A DNA stretch of 64,000 nt from Prasinococcaceae sp. CCMP 1430 (Eukaryota; Plantae; Prasinodermophyta). Shown in pieces: positions 10,609 to 21,708 of the stretch. The position numbers were made by a program, and so were the translations under genes. Where the stretch lies: contig RQSC01000031.1 in assembly GCA_013416795.1 (NCBI GenBank), positions 62,001-126,000 of the forward strand, given 5' to 3'. Every line of letters starts with the position of its first letter. Position 1 is the first letter of the stretch. Below the pieces are notes generated by a model. It did not search any database and was not told the origin of the DNA. It was given only the letters and a program-made list of their open reading frames with translations.

Positions 10609-12440
10609 ATGCAGGCAGAGGGGCTGCTTCGGCGCGCGGCGCTGCTGCGTAGTCCGTTAATGCGCCGCGCGCCGCGCGCGGGTCAGGCGCCGAAGGCGGC
10701 GGCGGCACGCACGCGCGCGGCGCGGCGAACTGGGGACGGCGCTGGTGGCTGCCACCGCGCTCGCTCGCTCGCGGTGCATGCGGCGGTTGGGGATGCGATA
10801 GATGACGCGGGCGACAACGATCCCCCCCGCCACGTGGTGGTCTGCGGCGGTGGTGCGGCGGGCCTCACGGCCGCGTATTTTGCGGCGGAGTGCGGCGCAC
10901 GCGTCACCGTCCTCGAGCGCACCAAGGAGGCCGGGAAGAAGATCCTCATCAGCGGCGGCACGCGCTGCAACGTGCTCCCGAGTTCGGTTGAGCTCGAGCG
11001 CGATTTCTTCAGCAGCGCCAAGGCGGGGGCGCTCCGGCAGGCGTTCGCCACCTGGACACTTCAGGGCGCGCGCGACTGGCTCGACGAGGTCGGACTCGAC
11101 ATGGATGTCGAAGAGGAAACTGGGAAAGTGTTTCCGAGGAGCGGCTCCGCCCGCGAAGTGCGCGATCTGCTCGTGCGAGGGTGCCTCGACCGCGGCGTCG
11201 TGCTGCGCTACAACACGCCCATCGTGGGTCTCGCTCCGCAGACGAAATGGGAGAATGACGGTGCCGGTGGTGTCACCAACGGCGTTGACAGCAGCGAGGG
11301 CGACCCTGGGCTGGACGAGAACGCGCCGCGGTGGGTGTGCGAGCTCCCCGATGGTGAGCAAATGTGCGCCGATCGCGTCGTGCTCGCCACGGGCGGCTAC
11401 TCCTTTCCGGCGCTCGGCACCGATGGCGCGGGCCATCGCCTGCTTAAGGCCATGCCGCCGCCGATGCGCCACACACTCGTCGAGCCCTACCCGGCGCTCA
11501 CCCCGCTCACAGGGCCGCACCCGGGCGGCGCCAGACTGCAAGGCGTGAGCCTCGAGGTGGATCTCTCCGTGAAATACGCCAGCGGCGCTAAGGGCGCTAA
11601 AAAGGGCAAGGGCAAACGCCGCAAGGCAATTGCCTCCAACCGGCCCGGCTTTCTGTTTAGCCACAAGGGATACAGCGGCCCCGCGGTGCTCGACGCGTCG
11701 CACCACGCTGTCATGGCGATCGAAAAGGCAAAGAAAGCGAGGGCGCAGGGACAGCACGGAGGCGGGAGCGGCGAGGACGGGGACGACGGCGAGGACCTTG
11801 GGCCCTTGCCAACAGTGCAGGTAAACTGGACCGGTGAGACGCGCGAGGAGTGGACCGCGCGCCTGGACCCTGCCAACAAACCCGGGCGATCGCCACTGGT
11901 GCTGGGTCGTCTGCGCGGCGTGCTCCCCGTTCGCCTCGCCGAGGCGCTCCTCGACGAGGTTGGAATCGACGCGCAGGTGAGGCGCGCGCGGGCCTGGGCA
12001 TGCGCCTTCAAACCCAGGCATGCGCTACGCATTGCCTAGACTAGAGGGCGCCATGCGCGTTACTGACCTACTCACGCGCGCGCACATCCGTGCGTTTCAA
12101 ACAAAATGGTCCTACGGGCGCATCCGATGAAAAGGCCCGCGTGGCAGATCTCCGCAAGGTGCAGCGCTCTGCTCTGCTGGATATTCTCACGTCGTACGAC
12201 ATCCCCTATGATGGCCATCAGGGCTACGCCAAGGCCGAGGTGACTGGCGGTGGAGTGCCGCTAAGCGAGCTCGACCCACGCACATGGGAGAGCGCGCGGC
12301 TGCCTGGCGTGCACATCATCGGCGAGCTGACTGACGTCTTTGGGCGAATCGGTGGCTTCAATTTCCTCTTTGCGTGGACGAGCGGACGGGCGGCAGGAGT
12401 AGCGGCGGCCACAGGGCGGATTGCCCGGCCCGACGCATGA
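10609..12440 (+). CDS. HI0933/YhiN (BaiN) family flavoprotein; probable intron 11977-12134
   Basis: GGGAAG FAD motif, GKKILISGGTRCN, LATGGYSFPALGTDG, AEVTGGGV, GELTDVFGRIGGFNFLFAWTSG. Confidence 0.92.
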
Positions 12441-12498
12441 CGCTCTTGAATATCAGTATCATGGGTGCGCTCGGGGCCGACTAATCGTACTGTACGGA

Positions 12499-15279
12499 TT
12501 ATTCACTGCTCAGCATAGCATTGCAAAGCGCCTGCTCTGCGGCCGTGCGCACGCGCGTTGACACGCCCACATCCGCGTTCACCGCGTTGAGTACTTGCGA
12601 GTCGTGTGAGATGAGACCGTCACCATGCGCATCGAATTGTACTGCGGCGCTGAAGGCCGCCGCGATAGTGACGCACTCATCGCACGGACGCGTTGCCGCG
12701 GAGTAGGGGTCAACGCTCGGCTTTGCCGGGTCTGTTTGTCTCCCCTCGGTTTCTTGCACGATATTTGAGGAGCCTGACGCACAAGCTGACGCGAGCCTGC
12801 GTGCACGTGCAAGTGGCACAAGAGCGTTTGCTACCGCGCTTGGCGCGGTCAACGCGCCCAACAATAGCTGCAGGTGCGCACGCGCACTGCGTGTGTCTGC
12901 GTCAGGCTCGTTCGAAGAGACGCTGCAGGCACGTAGTCCAGCGCGCACGATCGCGGTCGTTGCGGCAACACTGTTGACACTTGCATCAGTGGCATTGACG
13001 ACCCTGTCCGAGTCATCACCCGCACCTTCCTGTGGTGCCTGCGATGAGCGTCCTATGTCGTGTGCCCCCTCGCCTTCGCTGTCTCGCAGGTTGTGCCCCC
13101 AGCGCAGTACGTGTAGCGCAAACCAGTACCAAGACGTGCAGACTTTCGGTTGCATCTGCGTGGCCTGGATGAGGCGAGCGCGGATGGCACGATCTGCCGG
13201 TACCATGCAAAAGAAATGTCCCGACGCACGAACAACCTCGCGCAGGCCACCGCGTGCGCCCCCAGCAAAGAGCCATGGATGCTTGGAGCGCAACATTGGC
13301 AGAGCGAGGTCAACATACGCACGCGATCGCGACATTGCGCCGGAGCGTTTCACGCGGTACCAGCTCGAAAGCCCACCAACTTTGTGTGTCTGCACCCCTC
13401 GCGCGAGCATGGTCAGCCAGAGGGAGTAATCCTCGTTGCCGAAGATCATGTCTAGGGGATAGCCCCCAGCCGCTTCAAAGACGCCTCTACTGAAGACAGT
13501 TGTAACCGGAAATGGGCCGCGCTGCGCCGCGTAACTGAGAGTCATATTCGGAGCTAGAAACCACACGCTCCCGACAGCAGGGTCGTCGCCAAAGGTTGCC
13601 TGATCGGCGTACAGTAACTGCGCGCGCCCGTGCGTCGCGCGCAGCCCTAGCGCAACCCGCGCAAGAAAATCTGGCGCGAGCACGTCGTCTGCATCCAGTG
13701 GCAGCACGTAGGGCGCGCGTGCCAGCTCGAAGATAGCGCGATTGCGAGTAGCTGCTAATCCCAAGTTGGACGCGGAGCGCTCGATAACAATCCGGTGCTG
13801 ATAGTGAGGGCACCCCGAATGCTCATCACAGCCGTATCGCGCGCGTGCGGAGCTCGCTTTTGTTTCGAGAGTAGAGGAGAAGTCGTCGATTGCGCCCTGC
13901 GCTACGTCGGCGCATGTCGCCTTCGAGAGTCTGCCGTCTGCAGGAGCTTTGTTCCGCGGCAACATGACGCCATTGCTCGGCACGGGCGGGCTATGATCGT
14001 CGACGACAATGAGCTCCCAGGCGACGAAGCTCTGCGCGAACACCGATGCAACGGCGTCGCGGACGAAGCGTTCCTGAGCGTAGCATGGCACGATGACGCT
14101 GAAAAGCGGACGCTCGGGAGACCACGTCTGCCCATCCCAGCCGTACCAAGCGGTTTGTTCTGCGGTTGTCAACTTGATAGAGGGCTGTGGAAATGTGCAG
14201 CGAGGCGTAGTACTGGTGTCCATCGGGGATTCGGATGCAGGGAGATCTTCTGAATTCCAACAGCAGCTTCGTCGCTTGCATTGGCGCGCGTTGAAGCCCT
14301 GCTCTGGAGAGCCACAGTCCATTCGTCTTCCTGTCGCAAGAGCAGCAAATCCATAACCTATCCCTGGCGCGAGCACGCGCGCGCTGGCATTGGCGTGCGG
14401 CTCGTGTGGCATCCGACACACGCCATGCACGGGCACGTCTGCTTCTGACTCCTTCATGTCCATCGCAGAGATTCTGCGCACGGAAGGCGCGTAACACCTG
14501 GGGTATCCCTTCTCGCGCGCCCCAACCAGAGCTCTGGCGGCCTTCGCAGCAGCTCGCCTGATGCTCCCGAGCATGCGTGTGGCCAACGAGATTTTCAGGT
14601 CGCCAGCAGTGGCCCCGCCGCCCGTAGCCGTCATGCTCCGCGTCTGGAGTTGATGCTGTCCTTCATGCCCCCCTCCGCCCGTGCTTTCCTGCTGCATGCT
14701 GCCAGAGGGCAGTCCTTCTGTGTCCTCGCCCCTCCAGCAGCACCCGACGGCTAAGCAGTCCTCTGCGCGTATTCCGTCAAAGCCGCAGCCCGCTGCGGTA
14801 CGCAAGTCGTAAGAGCTCTCGTCGCAGTTGCCTAGATCTGATTCGACGCGACTAATCCCAGCAACAACACCACTCTTGCCCCCCGCTGACAGACGCACGC
14901 GCGAGCTGCCGCGTGCCGTTGCTTCGCTGTCGGTCAAGACAACATCTGCAGCTTTGGAGGTCATGAAGAGCCGTTCGCGCGAATAGCCCACTTGCACTCC
15001 ACATCGCGTGTCCAACACAACGTCACGGTGTGCTGCTGTTGCACCCGTGCCTCCTGACGGCCTGCTTGAGGACACTGTGTTGCCTTCAGCAGGCCACGAC
15101 ACCCAGCGTCGCGACAGTGTGGGACCTAGCAGAGCTGTGAACGGTGAGGCGCTGCCTAATATCGCAAGCAACAGCAATGGCGCGGCTGCAAGCATCAACA
15201 GCAGCAGCAATAGCAGCAGCAGCGCATGCACTCGCGGAGGCGCGCACCGCCACGAGCGCCGCGCCGCACGCCGCCGCAT
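12499..15279 (-). CDS. Type II membrane GT2 glycosyltransferase with two trefoil (P-type)-like domains
   Basis: N-terminal poly-Leu TM; two CG...C...CCW...PRC motifs; GT2 core FSVIVPCY, LIVVDDHS, GLAATRN, LDADD, EDYSLW. Appears intronless. Confidence 0.85.
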   Translation of the reverse strand: MRRRAARRSWRCAPPRVHALLLLLLLLLMLAAAPLLLLAILGSASPFTALLGPTLSRRWVSWPAEGNTVSSSRPSGGTGATAAHRDVVLDTRCGVQVGYSRERLFMTSKAADVVLTDSEATARGSSRVRLSAGGKSGVVAGISRVESDLGNCDESSYDLRTAAGCGFDGIRAEDCLAVGCCWRGEDTEGLPSGSMQQESTGGGGHEGQHQLQTRSMTATGGGATAGDLKISLATRMLGSIRRAAAKAARALVGAREKGYPRCYAPSVRRISAMDMKESEADVPVHGVCRMPHEPHANASARVLAPGIGYGFAALATGRRMDCGSPEQGFNARQCKRRSCCWNSEDLPASESPMDTSTTPRCTFPQPSIKLTTAEQTAWYGWDGQTWSPERPLFSVIVPCYAQERFVRDAVASVFAQSFVAWELIVVDDHSPPVPSNGVMLPRNKAPADGRLSKATCADVAQGAIDDFSSTLETKASSARARYGCDEHSGCPHYQHRIVIERSASNLGLAATRNRAIFELARAPYVLPLDADDVLAPDFLARVALGLRATHGRAQLLYADQATFGDDPAVGSVWFLAPNMTLSYAAQRGPFPVTTVFSRGVFEAAGGYPLDMIFGNEDYSLWLTMLARGVQTHKVGGLSSWYRVKRSGAMSRSRAYVDLALPMLRSKHPWLFAGGARGGLREVVRASGHFFCMVPADRAIRARLIQATQMQPKVCTSWYWFALHVLRWGHNLRDSEGEGAHDIGRSSQAPQEGAGDDSDRVVNATDASVNSVAATTAIVRAGLRACSVSSNEPDADTRSARAHLQLLLGALTAPSAVANALVPLARARRLASACASGSSNIVQETEGRQTDPAKPSVDPYSAATRPCDECVTIAAAFSAAVQFDAHGDGLISHDSQVLNAVNADVGVSTRVRTAAEQALCNAMLSSE

Positions 15280-15972
15280 CGCCGCCAAGCGCGCGCAGCG
15301 GCGAGCACAACGAATCCCGCGCGCGACGGCGCCGCAGGCGCGGCCCCGCTTGCGTGTGTGGCGCGCCCCGCGCTCGCGCCCGACCCCTCTGTCCGGCGCA
15401 GGGCGCCCGCGCGCGCTGCTGCTGCCTGCCTTCGGTGCTGCTGCTGCCAGCGCCTACGCGCCAAGACATCACACAGTGTTGAGCACATGTCAAAATCAAA
15501 GCCTTTTTGCCCCACCTTGTTTTTCTTTGTTGCTGAGCGTCATCATACTCTGCCGCTCCTTCCACGCGGCGACGTCAAAGCCACACTCCGTCAACCTTCG
15601 CATCAACTCACACGACGCGAGCACGCAAAGGCGCCCATGGGTTCCCCGGGGCGCGAGGCGCCAGCACCGGTGTGTGCTGCACGCGGTCGCGCCGGCCGCG
15701 CCCGCGCAGCGCGCGCGGAAGGCGAGGCCCGTCCTAGGCGGGGACGCGGACGCCGCGACCGAACTGTGTTGTGGCCGGAGGATTACGCCACTCCGGCTAT
15801 CTCGTGCACAGGCGAGCGAGCGGCGCGCCAGGAGGTCACAACGGTATTACAGATTGGTAGTTGCATTAGAGCAGACAGATACAAGCAGAGTAGCATGTGA
15901 GTGCTTGGCAATTTTGGTGTGCGCAGGGCCTCGTTCGCGACGTCGCGTCAACGGCATGGTGGCATCGCGTCG

Positions 15973-17517
15973 TCAGGGTGGCGGTAGACTGAACGGCGGC
16001 GTGGCATCGAGCGGCTCGTTGAGCTTGCGGCGCATGAAGGCATAAATGTCGGCGTGATTGCGCGCGCTTGCCTCCTGCACGGTGATGAAGGGCCACCGCG
16101 CCCACTCCTTCTCGAAGAGCGAAGCGCCACGGGCACCAACGAAGTAGCCGATCAGCGCGTGCCGCTTGGCGGGCTCGGTCCACACGAAGACTTCCCTACC
16201 GATGTGCGCCAGACTGCCGTCGAGCACATCGACGTCCCCGCCGGGCGCGCCATGATCGGCGGCGCCGGCGATTCCAATGGCCCCACCGCCAGCCCGCTCC
16301 TCGACTGCCATGCGCAAAAAGCCGGCAGCGGGCACCAGCATGAGCGAGTGCACCTGCAGGCACTCCTTGCAGCGGAAGCGCGTGGAGAAAACGCTCAGGA
16401 AGGCCTCCGGGTGCCGCCGCTCCATCTGGACCAGGTAACTGCGCAGGAAGGGGCGCGGCGCGTGGCTGGGGTAGTAGCCATCGCGCAGCAGCGTGCGCTC
16501 GCACTGCTTGCAGCCCGCGCAGCCCGCGCGCACCGCGTAAGCGCGAGCGGTGGGCCCGCCCTGTGCGCCTTTGAAAAGGCGCTTGGCGACGTGCAGCCAG
16601 CTCTCATCCTTGTGCTCATAGCCCGTCATCCATCGCAGGCCGCCAGCACGCGGGAAAAACACAGGGGGCTCGATGGGGCGCGTGATGAGCATGTCGTCGT
16701 TGAGGAATACAAAGGCCTCCGCGAGCCCCGGCACGCGGTGCAGGTAGGCCTCCTTGGCGTACGCGCTGAAGTATGGCCAGTTGGCAAGCGCCTCGCTCGG
16801 GTACATGTCACGAGAGAGCACCACGCGCACGTCTGGCATAGCGGCCACCTCAGCGGGCACCTCGTCGGCGTAGTCGACAATCACGTGGATGGTGCGCAGG
16901 CCCAGCAGGTTTCGCCGCGCGAGTTTCACGCTGAGAGCGAACACATCCATATCGTCGTCCTCCTCTTTCGCCGTGCCGTTGATGGGCACGTTGCGGACGA
17001 TCCCATGGTGCTCCTCCGCGAGCGCCGCCGCATAAGCCTCGCGCACGCTCGGCGACGATTCGCGGTTGTGGTACGTGTACACGGCATCGTAAGACAGCCA
17101 ATCGGCCTTGTAGATCGGGTAGGGACAGGGCAGCGAGAGAGCAGGCGAGGGGAAGGGAGGGGTGGGGTGTGTGTGGGGAGTGTCGTGTGTGAGCGCGAAG
17201 ACCAGGAGACCGCTCGGCCGCGCACTCGAGCGCCTGGCTGCGATGCGGGCGGTGCAGGCACCAACAGTGCGTCTCGATGGCCGTGCCCTGACGTTTGCGC
17301 CACGTACCTGCTTCTCCGCCGCGAGGGTGACCGGCGGCCCAGCGCTGCACTCAGCCCGCGCGCCGTACGCGCGGCGCGGCACGCCGTCGATCAACAGCTG
17401 TGGCGCACCCACAGCTGCGCCAGCACCTGAGGTGAGGCACGCCAGCACGCCGATGACGGCGAGCGCGCCACAGGCGGCACACGCAGCACGCGAGCGCACG
17501 TAACGGTCCACGACGCC
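15973..17517 (-). CDS. Stealth-family (hexose-1-phosphate transferase) membrane protein; in-frame intron 17107-17307; first exon not found
   Basis: CR1-like DAVYTY; CR2 LHRVPGLAEAFVFLNDDMLITRP; CR3-like HAPRPF...TRFR; TM segment near the 5' end. Confidence 0.8.
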   Translation of the reverse strand, partial: GVVDRYVRSRAACAACGALAVIGVLACLTSGAGAAVGAPQLLIDGVPRRAYGARAECSAGPPVTLAAEKQVRGANVRARPSRRTVGACTARIAARRSSARPSGLLVFALTHDTPHTHPTPPFPSPALSLPCPYPIYKADWLSYDAVYTYHNRESSPSVREAYAAALAEEHHGIVRNVPINGTAKEEDDDMDVFALSVKLARRNLLGLRTIHVIVDYADEVPAEVAAMPDVRVVLSRDMYPSEALANWPYFSAYAKEAYLHRVPGLAEAFVFLNDDMLITRPIEPPVFFPRAGGLRWMTGYEHKDESWLHVAKRLFKGAQGGPTARAYAVRAGCAGCKQCERTLLRDGYYPSHAPRPFLRSYLVQMERRHPEAFLSVFSTRFRCKECLQVHSLMLVPAAGFLRMAVEERAGGGAIGIAGAADHGAPGGDVDVLDGSLAHIGREVFVWTEPAKRHALIGYFVGARGASLFEKEWARWPFITVQEASARNHADIYAFMRRKLNEPLDATPPFSLPPP

Positions 17518-17607
17518 CTGTGCCGAGGAGAGCGCCGACGCCGCAGGAGCTGCCAGGGGGGCCGCGCCCCTGCCTGGCTGCGGCGCTGCGGCGGTTGCGC
17601 CCTGCAG

Positions 17608-18287
17608 CGCGGCGGCCGCAGAGGGCGCCGACGCCGCAGCGGACGAGCTGGCCAAGCTGGCCGTGGGCGACAAGGAGAAGGTGCGTGCGCGTGCGCGTGC
17701 GCGGGCGACCGAGCTTGCATCTCTACCACCCCGCCCGCCCTTTCTCTGCTGCTCTCGCTCACGCACGCACGCGTGCGCGTGCGCACCTGCACACGCCCAC
17801 ACTGGTCGCTTTACCCACGCCCCGCGCATCCGCGCAGAAGAGCGGCAAGGGCGGCAAGAAGAAGAAGAAGGAGAAGGAGCTCGTGGTGACCAAGGCCGTG
17901 CGCAACAAGCGCAAGTGCATCACGACCGTGACGGGCCTGCACCATTGGAAGGTCAAGCTGTCGGAAGGTGCGTATTGGGGACGGCCGTGCGCATGCATCT
18001 CTCCCCGAGTTACCACCGCCACGCACACGCGCACACATGCCTGCGTGCATTCGCACACGTCTCTGACCCGCGCGCGGGGGCGCTGGCACGCAGCGTCCAA
18101 GCTCTTCGGAAAGAAGTTCGCATGCGGCGCGAGCGTCACCAAGAACGCGTCGCAGGTGGAGGAGATCGACATCCAGGGGGACTGCCTGTACGAGGTCACC
18201 GAGCTCATTCTCAAGAAGTACCCCGATGTCGACAAGGACGCCATCTACTGGGTGGAGGACAAGAAGAAGCGCAAGGCGGACCTCTGA
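17608..18287 (+). CDS. DENR: Density-regulated protein DENR/TMA22 (SUI1 domain); introns 17681-17837 and 17968-18093; N-terminus not found
   Basis: RNKRKCITTVTGL, ASKLFGKKFACGASV, EEIDIQGD. Splice sites are in frame. Confidence 0.9.
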
Positions 18288-18471
18288 GGGGGCAGAGCTC
18301 TTAAGGGGCCTGCGCGTGCAAAGGAAGGAGCACGCGCGCGCGCGCTCGCTTAACACGCCCATGTAGTGTGCGTCCATGCAAGCGCGTGCGCTCGCCGCGT
18401 GTGCGTGCGTCTGCATTTCGTGCGTGGATGTGGGCATGCGTGTGTGGAAGCGCACGAAATCGAGTGGCGCA

Positions 18472-19749
18472 TTACATGTCCGGGCTCTCCGGCCTGTCCG
18501 ACGTGTCGTAGTCACGCAGCGGGTAGGTCTGTACGCGGCTCGAGTCGGCGTCGGCCCACATCCAGTCCTTGTCGGCGTGCTTGCGGAAGAAGGCCTCCTC
18601 GCTCCACTCCGGCGGCGCCTCACGCGCGTCCTTCTCCACGTCCGCCGGCTCGAACCACTTGCCGGCCTCGCGCGAGATGAGCCGCGTGGGCGAGATGAAG
18701 AGGTCGGCGTTCTGCGGGTCGAGCAGGAAGGCCTCGGGCGCGTCGTCCCTCCCCATCGCCACCACGGTGGAGCCGCTGCCCGACATGAACACGGCGTCGT
18801 AGGGCCTCCCCTCCGCCTCGGCCATGCGCGCGAGGTCCTCCTTGATCTGCCTGATGCGCGGCACGACGTCGAGCGCGGGCGGCTCGAGGTCGTTCACGCA
18901 GAGCTCGTCGCTGGCCCCCTCGGTCCGCAGCCGCGCCATGAGCTCCTCCGGGTCGGCCCCTTGCGGCCGCTCGCCCGGCGCCAGGCCGAGTCCCTTGAAG
19001 ATGGCGGGCGTGGGGCAGCTCTCTGGGGGCTTGACGAGCAAGAGGGGGGTCGCGAGGCTGAGCGGGGGCTCCACGTCCTCCACGAGGTCCCCGCGCCCCG
19101 TGACGTACGCCGCGCCCGCCGAGAAGAAGAAGGGGCAGTCCGAGCCGATCTCGGCGGACCACTCCAGCAGCTGCGCCTCGCTCGCGAGCCTGCCGCACAT
19201 CTCGTTGGCTGCCCAGAGCGCGGTCGCGCCGTTGGCGGAGCCGCCGCCGAGGCCGGCCCCCGTGGGCACGACCTTGGTGAGGTTTGCGGCGAAGCGCTGC
19301 TCCGCGCCGGTCTTCTCGCGGTAGAGCGCGAACGCGCGCAGCACGAGGTTGGTGTCGTCGGTGGGCACGTCGGGGGTGTTGGCAACGAGCCGGTCCTCGT
19401 CGCCGTCGATGGCCATGACCTCGAGCGCGTCGCCGAGCGCGATGGCGTGGAAGAGGCTCGCGAGGTCGTGGAAGCCGTCCTCGCGCCGCTCTGTCACGCG
19501 CAGGAAGAGGTTGATCTTCGAGGGCGAGAAGAGCGCCAGCCGCGCGGGGCCCGACGCGCCGTGCAGCTGCGCGTGCTCCGCGCGCCACGAGGGCTCGTCC
19601 GCGGCGAGCGCCTCCGCCTGCGCGGCGATGTCGCCCGAGTACGTCACGTAGTCGGTGCCCTTCTTCACGTTGCGCAGCGGGTCGTACGTCGACGGGAACG
19701 GCGCGATGGAGCCGCGCTGCAGGCCCGCCGTCTCGCCCGGCCGCGGCAT
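18472..19749 (-). CDS. ispE: 4-diphosphocytidyl-2-C-methyl-D-erythritol kinase (MEP pathway); 5' end approximate
   Basis: SPSKINLFLRV, DGFHDLASLF, PTGAGLGGGSANGA, IGSDCPFF, FMSGSGS. Confidence 0.96.
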   Translation of the reverse strand: MPRPGETAGLQRGSIAPFPSTYDPLRNVKKGTDYVTYSGDIAAQAEALAADEPSWRAEHAQLHGASGPARLALFSPSKINLFLRVTERREDGFHDLASLFHAIALGDALEVMAIDGDEDRLVANTPDVPTDDTNLVLRAFALYREKTGAEQRFAANLTKVVPTGAGLGGGSANGATALWAANEMCGRLASEAQLLEWSAEIGSDCPFFFSAGAAYVTGRGDLVEDVEPPLSLATPLLLVKPPESCPTPAIFKGLGLAPGERPQGADPEELMARLRTEGASDELCVNDLEPPALDVVPRIRQIKEDLARMAEAEGRPYDAVFMSGSGSTVVAMGRDDAPEAFLLDPQNADLFISPTRLISREAGKWFEPADVEKDAREAPPEWSEEAFFRKHADKDWMWADADSSRVQTYPLRDYDTSDRPESPDM

Positions 19750-20112
19750 GCGCGCGCCGTGCTCGCGCCCGCCACCAAAGGGAGTCAGCGCGAGCGCGAG
19801 CGCTGGCGCGGATCTAACACACGTTTTGCGCCCAAACGAAAAAAAAAAAACGCATGCGGAATCGCCATCACCCCGGGCGGATCGCGCCCACATGGCGCGC
19901 GCGCATGCGTCCGGATCGCACGCGCTGGGACGGCGTTTCGATGACCGGGTCCATCTGGGGGAGAGCCCACCTTGACCCTGGTAGGTGGGCAGGGTGTGTG
20001 AGGATAGACCGGGTATTCTGGGGCCCGGCCCTGGAACGCGTGCGTATATGGCTATATGCGCCCCGCCGTTGCCGGCGCCGGGCGCGGTGGAGGGGGTTCC
20101 GCAGGCGGCGGC

Positions 20113-20335
20113 GCACACACACACACGCGCTTCACCAACATGCGCACGCGCGCGCGCGCGCACGCACACGCACACACACACACACACAGGCACACACGGG
20201 CACACACAGACTGGCACACAGGCACACACACATGCGCGCACACACACACGCACACACACAGGCACACAAACACACACACACACACACACTGCACATAGAC
20301 ACTGAACACACACACGCGGAGCCGCCAGCCACCCA
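20113..20335. repeat. Degenerate (CA)/(CG) microsatellite
   Basis: Read directly from the sequence. Confidence 0.9.
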
Positions 20336-20457
20336 CTGCACAGACGCCATTGCCGCTGCCGCGCGCTCCGACCGCGCCCGACCGACGCGTGGGGGTGCCG
20401 CTTCCCGGGATCGATTCGTGGGCTCGCGGCGCGGGCGCGAGGCGGCGCGCGCGCGGC

Positions 20458-20506
20458 NNNNNNNNNNNNNNNNNNNNNNNNNNNNNNNNNNNNNNNNNNN
20501 NNNNNA
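20458..20506. other. Assembly gap (49 N)
   Basis: N run. Confidence 1.
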
Positions 20507-21182
20507 AGGAGGCGGTCGCGCAACTCTTCGACACTGCAATCGCGCCCGCATCGACGGCGCAGCGGAAACTCTGGTGCGCAGTCTACTCCCGGCAGTTCAG
20601 CGAGCGCGCGGGAAAGGACGGCGAGGCGGGGGCGGCAGCGGCGCGGACGGGCAGGCCCCAGGGGAGGGGGGCCGCCCCGGGCGACCAGCAATGCAGGGGA
20701 GGGGCGGAATGGCGATCGGCGGCGCCATGTGGCGACGGGTGCCCACCTGCGGCCGCAGCCGCCGCCTTCGCCGCCGCGGCCTCCGCGCCGGCGATGAGGG
20801 CGTCCTTTTTTGGGCGCGGCGCGCGACGAGCGCGTCTCGGGCTGCGAGGCGGCGCGCCCCTGGCGCCGCCGCGGGGGCAGGCGAGGGATGCTTCCCTCCC
20901 GCGCGCGCCCCCAGGCGCGTGCTTCCGTGCAACGCCCCTCAGACGCGCCGCCCGGGCACTCCCCTGTCGCGCTCAGCTCCCACCTGCGGCGGGGGTTTGG
21001 GGAGGGCCCGCGGCCCGCGGTGCGCGGCGGCTCACTCGCCGCCGTCGCCGCCGCTGCACCTGGCCGCGATCGAGCGGGCGGCAAGGGTTGCAGACCGCGC
21101 GGCGAAACGCGCGTGTGCTTGGGTGGAACCGACCGCGCGCGTGGCGCGGGAGCGCCTTCCTTGAACCATTGCGCCCCGTCGC

Positions 21183-21708
21183 CATGGCTGCCGCGGCTGC
21201 AGGCGGGCTGAGGAGGGAGAGCGTGCGCCACATGCCCGCCGTGCTGACCCTCGTGCGCCGCACGCACGCTCACCCATGCACCCTCTCTGAAAAGGCGGCG
21301 CCGCGCCGCGATGTGGCGGTGTGCGCCCGTGTTGCTGGTGTGGACATCCCCAACAACAAGCGCGTGGAGGTCGCCCTGACGTACGTGTACGGCGTGGGCC
21401 CCACCAAGGCCAAGGACATCCTTGCGGTGACCGGCGTGGAGAACAAGCGCGTGCGTGAGCTCAGCGAGGACGAGCTGACGCTGCTGCGTAATGAGCTGGC
21501 CGACACGGACAAGCACATGCTCGAGGGTGACCTGCGCCGCGTGCGGCTGGGCAACGTGAAGCGCCTGATCGACACCCAGTGCTACCGCGGCAAGCGCCAC
21601 CAGAACAACCTGCCCTGCCGCGGCCAGAAGACCAAGACCAACGCCAGGCAGCGCAAGGGCAAGAAGGTCGCTATCGCGGGCAAGAAGAAGGCGCCCACCG
21701 CCCGCTAA
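21183..21708 (+). CDS. PRPS13: Plastid ribosomal protein uS13, nucleus-encoded; 5' exon structure uncertain
   Basis: [45 protein letters not shown]. Confidence 0.95.

Noticed and set aside
20077-20090. GCCGGGCGCGGTGG resembling the SRP RNA/Alu 5' end
   Set aside because: 14 GC-rich bases only; no SRP S-domain or downstream poly-T terminator on that strand.
20507-20700. Possible coding fragment next to the gap ([14 protein letters not shown]...EELRDRLL on the minus strand)
   Set aside because: Too short, strand ambiguous, truncated by Ns.
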